DNA from: a plasmid
Sequence record: CP080654.1
Direction: 5' to 3' (one strand)
Length of the DNA stretch: 64,000 nt
Both the position numbers and the translations under genes were made by a program. Every line of letters begins with the position of its first letter. Within the stretch, counting starts at the first letter, position 1. Positions 55,547-64,000 of the stretch are shown here, one piece after another. The notes under the pieces were generated by a model. The model saw only the letters and a list, made by a program, of their open reading frames with translations. It did no database searches and was not told the origin of the DNA.

Positions 55547-58500
55547 TCAGTCGCCCCCGAGGGTTTTCTCGCGGTTCAGGTCGCGCACCATGTCCCGCTC
55601 CACAGCCTGCAGACGTTCACGCTGCAGACTTTCTGAGGCCACCTGCTGAATCGCCGCCTCCTGGCGCCGGAACTGAGGATCATCCGGTAGCGTCGTTTTC
55701 TCCGTACCCGGCCGGTCACGCTCCAGTCCGCGAATGACGTCCCCGATAACCTCTTTCACCCGGTCCGCCGGCTCGCCGGCTTTACGCGCCTCCCCGGCCA
55801 CTTCCCGGGCAGTCTGTTCCGCCTGTTTTTCCATTTCCCGGCGCTGCTGTTCTTCTGCCGCCCGCTGCGCCAGAACCTCTGGCGGGAGGATAATGTCAGC
55901 CCCGGCCTGCGGTACCGGAGCCACCGGCGCCGGTTCAGCCCATACCCGCCCGCCGGTCATGGCCCCGGGGTTCCAGGGGCGGTCATCACCGGCCAGACGC
56001 ACCACCACCCCGGTATCGGGATTGTCGCGGGCCATTCTGACGCCCTCCCCCATATTCCCGGCCAGCAGGCTTTCACCGTTGCGGCTGTTCTGCAGCGCCA
56101 CGAACCGGGCGTCTTCATTGCCCATAATTCGTCCCTCCCCGCCGATAGCCTCAAGCCGTCCGTCCCGATCGGTCAGTGGGCTGAGCCAGATACCGGCGGC
56201 TTTCCCGTTTTTATCAAATGCCGGCAGCGCCACATGCGGCTGAGGGTACTTTTTCCCCGGAGAAATGAATTTTCCTGGTGAACTTCCCTGTGCCAGACCG
56301 GACTGCTGCAGGGCTGCCCGGCCCGCGGCGGTTTCATCCAGTGGCCTTGCCCGACCGAACAGCAGATCTGCGCTTTTCACCGCCCGGTCGTTACGGGGTT
56401 CCAGAATATCGTGCGCCGTCGCTTTCTCAGGTGAATGCTGGATGGCCTTTATCCAGCCCTCACGGCTGTCGGTGTAGACCTGAACATGCTGTTTCATGCG
56501 AGATAAAGCCACATAGGCAGACTCAAAGCTGGCCATCTGTTCCCGACCACCGGCCACCCCTTCCAGCGCGATGGCATACGGTTCGCTGGCCCCCTGGGCG
56601 CCGTGGGCGGTGATGGCGTAGGCGAGGTCGATATGCTGCTGCGCCTGATCCGCCTTCGGGGTCAGCGTGCGGGTTAGTTTGCCATCAGACAGCGTGACAC
56701 TGTCACCCGAAACAGACTGCACCTCCCAGATACTGTTGGCCACATAGCCGCGCTCCGGGTCACTTTTGCTGAAACGCATTCGGTCCCCCTGAGACACGGT
56801 GATCTTTTCCTGACGATAGAGCGTGACGCCTTCTGCCGATGCCTCCCGGGGTGAGATAAATCGCTCCTTTCCTTCACTGTCAGTCAGAGTGATCAACTGA
56901 TTATCCTTATCCACTTTGCTGATACGGTGGTATACGTTATCAACCAGCGCCACCGCCTCCTTGTGAGCCGTCCAGGTCGACAATTTGCGCAGTTCACCGT
57001 CACGGATGTTACTCGTGACCAGCACCGGCAGGGTGATTTCCTCTTTGCCGGTTTCCCCGTTCTCCCGCCGTGCGTCATGGATCAGACTGTTCAGCGCCCG
57101 CCGGTCCTTATTCAGATGGGTGATCACCAGCGTCTGCGACTGTGCCTCCGGGGTCCGTCCGGTATAGTCCTTCACCAGCGCCTCGTAGAGCGACGCGGGC
57201 TGACCTGCCGGCAGGGTTTCCCCCTCGCTCAGTGCCTTTTGTATCGCCTTTTCCTGTGCCTGCGTGAATTCCACCACAGAACTGCCCGGCGCCCAGACGC
57301 CTTCTTTTCTCGGCACCTGTTCCGGCGTGACCTGCTCAATGGTGGTCAGGGCGCGGTGCACATCCCGCTCAATCAGGCTGTAGACCGCCGGTCGCAGCTC
57401 AGGCACCTGGCGCACAATCTCTTTCATGATGGCAACGTCGGCGGCGCTGCGCTGCTGCATCAGCCTGAACGGCTGGCCCGGCGCGATGGGCTGCAGCTGG
57501 TCGTTATCCCCACTGGACACCGCCCGTCCACCGCCGGCGACGATGAGGGAGTGGGCTTTTGCCATATCGGCCAGCCCCACCATCGAGCTCTCGTCGAGCA
57601 GAAACAGGGTGTTGCTGAAATCGGGTGTCTGGCCATTGCGCTGCAGCAGCTGCGTGTCGTGGAGGAACGACGCCGTCGTGCGCGCCTCCACGCCGGCACT
57701 CTGCATTTCCCCGACCGCGCGATGCGTCGGCGCCAGACCGATGACGCGCGGACGGGTCTCTTCCGGCAGCAGACTGATGGCACTCATGACTGCCCGGAAC
57801 TGGGTGGTTTTCCCCACCCCGGCATACCCCTGAACCACCGTGAACCGATCCGTGCTTTCCAGAATCATCCGGGTCGCCGCCCGCTGTCCGGCGGTCAGGT
57901 CCGTCATCAGACTGGCCGGCACGCGGTCCATCAGGGGGGCCACCGCGCCTTTACCTTCCAGCACGTGGGTCAGGATGCTTTTTTCGGCGTCCCAGGTCTG
58001 ACGGGAAATCAGCAGGTCATTGCCGTAGCCGTGCGCCACCGGTGCATTCAGCAACTGCCCCGACCTGATTTGTGTCTGAATGGTCGTGTCGATGTCCGCC
58101 ATCGGAACCTTCCCGCCCCCGGTTTCCAGCGCCGTCGCCAGCAGCTGGGGCCGGGAGAAGGTCAGTTTCTCACTTTCAAGCAGCGGGATGGCCAGGTGAA
58201 TGGCCTGTTCTGCCGGGGTACGCAGTCCGGCCTTCTGCTGCGCAATGGCCGCATCCAGGTCCGTCTCGCCGGATCGGGTCTTCAGCTGCTCTGAGACCAC
58301 GCTGAAGGAGGTATGCCGCGACAGCTTCTCCGTCGTGCGCGCCGCATCCTGCGCCGAGTACAGCCGGAGATGACTTCCGCTCTGCGCCAGCTGGTTGAGG
58401 GTGGCGTTATCCAGCTCACGCTGCGTCACCGACGCAAAGACCGTTGCCGTCTCGCTAACCGACCTGCCGGGACTTTCCACCCAGCCGTGGCCGATTTTAA

Positions 58501-60808
58501 TACCGTCAAACACGCCCGCGCCCACGGCCAGGGTCTGCGTGGTTTTCTGCCCCGGCCGCTGTACCGTCAGCTGCCCCTCCTCCACTTTCATCACCGTGAT
58601 GCTTTCCCCGCCTTTCAGGCGTGTGTCCGGTATCTTCCCGAGCACCGCCAGACGTTCCCCCTCTGCCACCGGCAGTGTTTCTGCCCGGAACAGCGTCCAC
58701 TGGCTGTCGACCGCGGAAACCTTCAGATCCAGACGGCCCCCTTCCCGGTCTTTCAGGGTCAGCATATTGCTGCTCGCGGTCACCCGGTCAATGACAAAGC
58801 GATCGTGCGTCCGGGTCTCCGGATCCCAGCGTTCCATCACCATCCCCTCCCGGTAATAATCCCGCACGCCCCGGCTTTTGCTGTCCAGCCACACCGGCGT
58901 CAGGGCTGTAATAGTCGTGTCTTTCTCACCCAGCACCCCCTCCTGTCTGAGGGAGTCACGGATGAGGCCGTTGAGTACGCTCTGTTCACGGGTCCCGCTG
59001 ATTTGGGCCACGCTTTTCTGCCCTTCACGCACGCTGACGGCAAACTCCTGTGCCAGCCGGCTGTAGCGTGCTCCTTTATCCGGTTCACTGATGATGTCGG
59101 CTGTGGTCTGATGGCCACCCTGCCAGCGATACGTATTCACGCCGCTGTCCTTCAGCACCGTCAGCGCGCTGCCGGTCCCGCTGCGCTTCCCGCTGTCGGA
59201 GAGCAGGACCTGCACGTTATGGCGCATCGCGCCATCGAGCAGGGAAATCGTTTCCTTCAGGCTCAGCTTCTCCGCCTGATCCACGATGAGTGTTCCGCCC
59301 GGAATAAACGCCGTCCCGTCCTGCAGGGCGGATTTACCGGTCACCGTTTCCCCGGCCAGACGCACATCACCGGCGAGAAAATCACGTGAGCGGTTATCGG
59401 CCGCCAGGATATGGACGTCACGCCCCTGCTCCCGGGCCATCAGGGTTAACTCGGCCACCCGCTCCCGCTGGCCGCTTGCACCGCCCTGACCGGAAACGAT
59501 ACCCATTACCGGGCGATCCTGCGCCAGCACGCTGACGGCATCGCTGAAAGGGACCTGGCGCACCACAGACGCATCAGGCGTGACTGAGACATGATTATGG
59601 CGCTGCACCTCCTGACTCAGGGCTTTGACGGCGAGTTCATCGAGAACGTGGATGTTTGAGGTGAACAGGCCTTTCTCGCGATCGAGAGGGATAAGCTGCT
59701 CCCGTTCAATGGCGGCATCGATGCCCTTTCTCGCCAGCTCAAACATACCGTCCTTCGCCTCCAGCTGGCCGACCGTGCGTGCCAGCAGGTCGGCATACGT
59801 GAACTGCACCTTGCGGTCGCTGAGACCGGCAATCGCTTTCGTCACCACATCCGTGATATCCGGACCGTCAGTGTTCACCGGCGCGGCAGGTGCACGGGCC
59901 AGCTCTGCGGCTCGCGCATCGGCGGCCTCACGGTACCCCCGGATGTCAAACCCGGTCTCCTTCAGCGTGTTCATCCACTCCACCATCTTCTCTGCCGGAT
60001 CGATGGCTTCTTTCGACTTGCGGGTATCGAGCGCGGCCACATCCCGTGACTTCAGGGAGGCATCGGGCCCTGCGGCCTCCCTGACCTCCTGAGACCGGGT
60101 GGAGAACGGTTCCACAGGGACCCCTTTCATCTCCCACATCCCGTGTTTGCCCACAACTTCCGTCTCATAGCCAAGCTTCTCAACCAGGGGTTTGAACGCC
60201 TCCCGGTAAAGCTTCCCGAACGCTATCTGGTTCGCGTACACGTTCTCGATAAAACCTGTTTTACCGATCTTATCTGTGCCGAGAGACTGCCATTTGTCCC
60301 CGTTCTGCGTGGCGTTAATGACGACGGCATGGGTGTGTATCTGAGGTTCCTGGTTACGGTTCGTGTCGTGGTTGAATTTCGCCACAATCAGATTTCCGGT
60401 CAGCACCGTTTCGCTTTTACCGTCCGTCATGACCCGGGTCGCGGCCAGCGTCTCCAGTTGCCGCACCGCTTCGGTTACCGCCTGGTTGTGGGCATCGATA
60501 AGGCGTTTATCGCCGCCCAGCATCGCCATGACCGACACGCTTTTGGGGGCCGAGAAGGTCAGGTCATAACCGGGCCGGTGCTTGTTGGCGCCGTCCTGTA
60601 TTCGGGTCAGGTCGCTGCCATCCGGCAGCTTCCCTTTCAGCAGTTCCGTAAACAGCGCCTTATCCACGGCTTTCCCGTCGATCCCCAGCGCCTCAGCCCC
60701 CTTACCCTGCCAGCGTTCGTCCATGCTCCCTATGACGTAGTAATTATCCTTATCCGTATAGTAATTACCGGCACTGCCCGCCGATTTAACGGAGCCAATC
60801 GACATCAT
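55547..60808 (-). CDS. traI: Relaxase/helicase TraI
   Basis: 1753 aa; N-terminal [24 protein letters not shown] relaxase; helicase Walker motifs. Confidence 0.95.
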   Translation of the reverse strand: MMSIGSVKSAGSAGNYYTDKDNYYVIGSMDERWQGKGAEALGIDGKAVDKALFTELLKGKLPDGSDLTRIQDGANKHRPGYDLTFSAPKSVSVMAMLGGDKRLIDAHNQAVTEAVRQLETLAATRVMTDGKSETVLTGNLIVAKFNHDTNRNQEPQIHTHAVVINATQNGDKWQSLGTDKIGKTGFIENVYANQIAFGKLYREAFKPLVEKLGYETEVVGKHGMWEMKGVPVEPFSTRSQEVREAAGPDASLKSRDVAALDTRKSKEAIDPAEKMVEWMNTLKETGFDIRGYREAADARAAELARAPAAPVNTDGPDITDVVTKAIAGLSDRKVQFTYADLLARTVGQLEAKDGMFELARKGIDAAIEREQLIPLDREKGLFTSNIHVLDELAVKALSQEVQRHNHVSVTPDASVVRQVPFSDAVSVLAQDRPVMGIVSGQGGASGQRERVAELTLMAREQGRDVHILAADNRSRDFLAGDVRLAGETVTGKSALQDGTAFIPGGTLIVDQAEKLSLKETISLLDGAMRHNVQVLLSDSGKRSGTGSALTVLKDSGVNTYRWQGGHQTTADIISEPDKGARYSRLAQEFAVSVREGQKSVAQISGTREQSVLNGLIRDSLRQEGVLGEKDTTITALTPVWLDSKSRGVRDYYREGMVMERWDPETRTHDRFVIDRVTASSNMLTLKDREGGRLDLKVSAVDSQWTLFRAETLPVAEGERLAVLGKIPDTRLKGGESITVMKVEEGQLTVQRPGQKTTQTLAVGAGVFDGIKIGHGWVESPGRSVSETATVFASVTQRELDNATLNQLAQSGSHLRLYSAQDAARTTEKLSRHTSFSVVSEQLKTRSGETDLDAAIAQQKAGLRTPAEQAIHLAIPLLESEKLTFSRPQLLATALETGGGKVPMADIDTTIQTQIRSGQLLNAPVAHGYGNDLLISRQTWDAEKSILTHVLEGKGAVAPLMDRVPASLMTDLTAGQRAATRMILESTDRFTVVQGYAGVGKTTQFRAVMSAISLLPEETRPRVIGLAPTHRAVGEMQSAGVEARTTASFLHDTQLLQRNGQTPDFSNTLFLLDESSMVGLADMAKAHSLIVAGGGRAVSSGDNDQLQPIAPGQPFRLMQQRSAADVAIMKEIVRQVPELRPAVYSLIERDVHRALTTIEQVTPEQVPRKEGVWAPGSSVVEFTQAQEKAIQKALSEGETLPAGQPASLYEALVKDYTGRTPEAQSQTLVITHLNKDRRALNSLIHDARRENGETGKEEITLPVLVTSNIRDGELRKLSTWTAHKEAVALVDNVYHRISKVDKDNQLITLTDSEGKERFISPREASAEGVTLYRQEKITVSQGDRMRFSKSDPERGYVANSIWEVQSVSGDSVTLSDGKLTRTLTPKADQAQQHIDLAYAITAHGAQGASEPYAIALEGVAGGREQMASFESAYVALSRMKQHVQVYTDSREGWIKAIQHSPEKATAHDILEPRNDRAVKSADLLFGRARPLDETAAGRAALQQSGLAQGSSPGKFISPGKKYPQPHVALPAFDKNGKAAGIWLSPLTDRDGRLEAIGGEGRIMGNEDARFVALQNSRNGESLLAGNMGEGVRMARDNPDTGVVVRLAGDDRPWNPGAMTGGRVWAEPAPVAPVPQAGADIILPPEVLAQRAAEEQQRREMEKQAEQTAREVAGEARKAGEPADRVKEVIGDVIRGLERDRPGTEKTTLPDDPQFRRQEAAIQQVASESLQRERLQAVERDMVRDLNREKTLGGD

Positions 60809-63120
60809 CAGAAGTTCCCCCCAATCTCGACATCATCCTGTTCATCGTGGCGGTGGCTGTGGTTGATATTGACCTCTTCACGCCGCTGCATATCCCGCTG
60901 TGTCTGCTCATCTGCCAGCCAGGCGTCATACGCCTGCATGTCCTCGATGACGCCGTCCTCGTTCATGCCGGCCGGCAGCATGTCCTGTCCCTGTTCCGCT
61001 GACTGCTGCGCCAGTTCCTGTTCTGTCCCGCCTGCAGCTGCCGCAGGGGCACCGGCAGAGGATGCTGTTGAGGCAGCAGTGGCCGCTGCGGCTGCTTTTG
61101 GTTTGATCAACGGTACGGTCGTGCCCCGCAGGACGGGAGGCTCCGTTGCTCTGACGGAAGGCTCCGCTGCCGGACGCTTTGTTGTCGGCGGCGATTTTAC
61201 CGGTGCAGGAGTTACCGTCATTACTGCTGGCGCAGGCGGGCTGACCGGCTCAGGTTGTTCACTGGCGTGACTGTCTGTATCAGCTGGCCCGGGTTCCGGC
61301 GTATCCGGCGTGAAAAGCGCCCGGGCAAGGCTGCCTTCAGCTTCCCGGGCCTCAAGCAGCGCACTGAGCCGTGCATCCACCCGCGCATCGAGAGTGCGAG
61401 GAATAAATCCCTCGGCAATTTTCGGACGCGGCTTGTATTTGAGGGCCAGTTTCACGGCCGGATACGGCCCGGGCAGCGTGACGTAACAGGACAGGTCAGG
61501 CAGCGTCTGAATATCGGAGTAACTGACCAGCGTTTCCCGCTCTTTTTCTTTCCCGGTCGATACACCATCACGCACCGGGTCAGCACCGTAGGAGTACTGC
61601 TCGCTGGCCTTGAGGATTTCCTTCTCACCAATTTCACCGGCAGCAAACTCCGCAATCTCTTTACTCGGGGAGCGGAAGAAGGCCCGGGTGTTCATCACGT
61701 CAAAGAGCGTGGCGGCAGGCTTAACGCCATAGATGTCTTCCAGCTGGGCATAAGACTGAATACCGAACACATAACAACCACCAAATTTACGCGCCTCCGG
61801 GAGGATTTCGACCAGGTCCGGCAGCTTGTGCAGCGTGGGAAGTTCGTCAGCGAAGATCCACACACGCCGGTTACGGTTCTCGCCCATCGCCAGGAGGCCG
61901 CGGATGGCAATCGACAGCCACATCGAGATAACCGGCTTCAGGGAGGCATGGGTGTCAGCATTGGAGGAGATAAACAGCCAGCCATTGGGTCGGTCCTCAC
62001 GGACGCCGCGCATCCAGTCCCGGATAGTGAACGGCTCGCCGTTCTTCTCAATGCCCTGCAGGTAGCGAATAGCCTTGACGTAGTTGGTCAGCACAGCTCG
62101 AATGGAGATGGCGGTTTTCTCAATTTTCTCTTCAACCAGGTTCGCTGCCGGCGTGTTCTGCAGATAGGCGCGCAGCTTGTCGATCTTAATGGACAGCATG
62201 GTATCGACCAGCTTCTCGTAGCTCCGATCGTCGTCTTCGCGCATCAGATACGCGCCTTCGGCAAAGATAGTGCGACCGGAGCCCTGCCAGAACGGATCTT
62301 CTTTGGTACCCATCGGGATAAGGGTGTTGGAGATGTTGTCGAAGTCCGGCAGCGTCAGGCACTCTTTCCACAAATCCCAGGCTGCACAGCGCGAGTCCAG
62401 CGGGTTGAGGATTTTATCCAGTGACGGGTCGTAATAGCTTTTGACGAACTCACAGGAGCGATCGTAAATGATGGCCATATCGCCCCGGGCACGCACGTAG
62501 TTCAGTAGCCGGCGTATAACTTCGGATTTACCGGAACCCACGGTACCGTGGAGGCAGAAGTTCTGAATTTCGGAGTTTTTAAGAATAGGCAGGTCGCCAA
62601 TCTTAATATCGGAGGCCACTCCATCACGCTTCATCTGGCGGGCCACTTCTTTGGGCTTATCGGAAAGCTGGCGCCCGCCGGTGTTCTCATCCTCACTCTG
62701 CTGTTTCCCCTGGCGGCCCAGCACCCAGCTGGCGATGAAGAACGTCACGATACAGATAACAAGAGAAACCACGGCAGCAAAGGCGAAACCAGTCCACAGC
62801 TGCTCTCCGCACCAGATAGTATATTTATCGGCCAGGATTTGTTCTGAGGTATATTCCAGCGACTGGCCGTAATACTGAATGGTGTATACCGGCTGGGAAC
62901 GAATAATATCGCGCATCGGACCCAGCGTCGTACACCACCAGTATACGCAGCCGTTCACAAAGGTTTGCCAGCTGAGCCGGTACATCAGCATCAGTCCGCA
63001 CAGCACCCAGAATAAAATAAACAGCACGTAGAAAATAATATTGGCAATCTGACCAAACATGCGAAAGCGCATATTGGCGATCTGACCGCCCTGCGTCATA
63101 TCTTTGGCATTGAAACTCAT
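60808..63120 (-). CDS. traD: Type IV coupling protein TraD
   Basis: 770 aa; Walker A GTVGSGKS; Q/P-rich C-terminal tail. Confidence 0.95.
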   Translation of the reverse strand: MSFNAKDMTQGGQIANMRFRMFGQIANIIFYVLFILFWVLCGLMLMYRLSWQTFVNGCVYWWCTTLGPMRDIIRSQPVYTIQYYGQSLEYTSEQILADKYTIWCGEQLWTGFAFAAVVSLVICIVTFFIASWVLGRQGKQQSEDENTGGRQLSDKPKEVARQMKRDGVASDIKIGDLPILKNSEIQNFCLHGTVGSGKSEVIRRLLNYVRARGDMAIIYDRSCEFVKSYYDPSLDKILNPLDSRCAAWDLWKECLTLPDFDNISNTLIPMGTKEDPFWQGSGRTIFAEGAYLMREDDDRSYEKLVDTMLSIKIDKLRAYLQNTPAANLVEEKIEKTAISIRAVLTNYVKAIRYLQGIEKNGEPFTIRDWMRGVREDRPNGWLFISSNADTHASLKPVISMWLSIAIRGLLAMGENRNRRVWIFADELPTLHKLPDLVEILPEARKFGGCYVFGIQSYAQLEDIYGVKPAATLFDVMNTRAFFRSPSKEIAEFAAGEIGEKEILKASEQYSYGADPVRDGVSTGKEKERETLVSYSDIQTLPDLSCYVTLPGPYPAVKLALKYKPRPKIAEGFIPRTLDARVDARLSALLEAREAEGSLARALFTPDTPEPGPADTDSHASEQPEPVSPPAPAVMTVTPAPVKSPPTTKRPAAEPSVRATEPPVLRGTTVPLIKPKAAAAATAASTASSAGAPAAAAGGTEQELAQQSAEQGQDMLPAGMNEDGVIEDMQAYDAWLADEQTQRDMQRREEVNINHSHRHDEQDDVEIGGNF

Positions 63121-63248
63121 GGCACTAATCCGTCAGTAAAGTATTAGGGTCGGAAGGACAAATTAATCAGCGGAAATACACCGGCACAGAAAACAGGATT
63201 ACAGTCATGCCCGGATCCATAGATGACCAGGCCGGATACTTATTGCTA

Positions 63249-63995
63249 TTAAGAGGTTATGCAGAAGGAATAGCCCTCTGAGCCAGGGCAGTGCCCGCCT
63301 TTAATATACGACTTCGCCACCTGCCGTCCGGCCTCATCGACCAGGGCATGCAGTGTGGATGGCAATGTTTCAGCCGTGTACTGCAGGCAGACGCAGTAGC
63401 ATTTCACCGGAGGTTTAATCATATCCGGACGTTCAAACCAGCCGGTCGACGGGAAAATCCGTGTGCCGAAGAGCCTGTCAGAAGGAAACTGAGTCTGCAC
63501 GGACCAGGCAAACACGTCGTCAGCGCTGTCGCGGCGATTGACGCCGGGGATATACAGATTTTCTGCTTCGCGGACAACACGGGAGGCAAGAGAGGACAAG
63601 GCGGAGTCATCCGTGCTGGCCGGGCCTTCCACACATATGGAAAGATGGAAGTATTCCGGTTTGCTCTGTGCTTCTGGCTTTGTATCGGGAATAACTGACA
63701 CCGTGTCTCGCTTACGCCCCGTGGAAGACGTCATTAATTTTCTAAAAAATACACCTGCAATGAAAACAAGCAGAAGAATAACTAACGCGCTGCAGATATA
63801 CATGAAGTGGTCACTGAAGAGAGAACAGACCTCGCAATGTGACAGGGAATAACTTTCCCCCACTGCAGGATGTGGGTAAATATCGCCAGGCATCAGTTCA
63901 TGTGTATCAAGAGACCTGACAGGCTCAGATATTGTCATAAATAACCTCTGTTCAAATAAAGACGAAAAACTCCGCCGAAGGCGGCAACGCCTCAC
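63249..63995 (-). CDS. Hypothetical membrane protein immediately upstream of traD (position where traT is expected)
   Basis: One TM helix ICSALVILLLVFIAGVFF; no lipoprotein signal. Confidence 0.35.
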   Translation of the reverse strand: MRRCRLRRSFSSLFEQRLFMTISEPVRSLDTHELMPGDIYPHPAVGESYSLSHCEVCSLFSDHFMYICSALVILLLVFIAGVFFRKLMTSSTGRKRDTVSVIPDTKPEAQSKPEYFHLSICVEGPASTDDSALSSLASRVVREAENLYIPGVNRRDSADDVFAWSVQTQFPSDRLFGTRIFPSTGWFERPDMIKPPVKCYCVCLQYTAETLPSTLHALVDEAGRQVAKSYIKGGHCPGSEGYSFCITS

Positions 63996-64000
63996 AGATG

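Overview
This 64-kb window is a multireplicon IncF conjugative resistance plasmid from Enterobacterales. It has the overall look of the Klebsiella pKpQIL/IncFIB-FII(K) lineage, though I could not search a database. Reading left to right, the contents are as follows.

- **FIB replicon and maintenance (1-11.3 kb):** a RepFIB-type replicon (repA plus downstream iterons) with a ParA/ParB partition pair, followed by a complete type I restriction-modification operon, hsdM-hsdS-hsdR.
- **ISL3 element (11.2-12.6 kb):** an ISL3-family IS sits on the 3' end of hsdR.
- **Cassette-like island (12.6-15.1 kb):** an AT-rich island of small SD-led ORFs, each followed by a terminator and an ~85-bp direct repeat, lies next to a GC-rich 260-aa tyrosine recombinase. 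The repeats carry CTGGAC/GTCCAG inverted arms. This is the most unusual structure in the window.
- **Hypotheticals and TA module (15.1-18.1 kb):** several hypothetical genes and a vapBC (vagCD-like) toxin-antitoxin module preceded by a 17-bp tandem repeat.
- **IS1 junction (18.2-19.7 kb):** an OLD-family ATPase gene is cut by IS1. The same IS1 also cuts merP of a Tn21-type mer module.
- **mer and integron remnants (19.6-25.0 kb):** merC-A-D-E-urf2 is interrupted by a class-1 integron IRt/tniA-delta end and a truncated IS26.
- **Tn1331 remnant (25.0-28.5 kb):** Tn3 IR, blaTEM-1, tnpR-delta, a 3'-CS scrap, blaOXA-9 with a TGG-to-TAG premature stop, and aadA1-delta, ending at a complete IS26.
- **Tn5403-like module and IS debris (28.5-35.3 kb):** a Tn5403-like tnpA-tnpR pair, a DUF305 gene, a 200-bp MITE-like element and IS fragments.
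- **Tn4401a (35,288-45,194):** exactly 9,907 bp with 39-bp IRs and a TCAAT/ATTGA 5-bp target duplication, carrying blaKPC-2 with ISKpn6 and ISKpn7. It is inserted into the 3' end of an ISAs1-family transposase gene.
- **Orphan modules (45.4-48.2 kb):** an uncharacterised two-gene module (small basic protein plus a 343-aa nucleotidyltransferase-like protein), an orphan Tn3-family IR with a resolvase res site, and a second FinO/ProQ-domain gene in a two-gene operon.
- **FII replicon and transfer end (48.2-64.0 kb):** the IncFII replicon (oriR, repA1, copA region, repA2/copB), a cluster of nuclease-domain genes (PLD-Nuc, DUF2726, NYN-like), then finO-traX-traI-traD at the end of the transfer region.

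No rRNA, tRNA or CRISPR array was seen.
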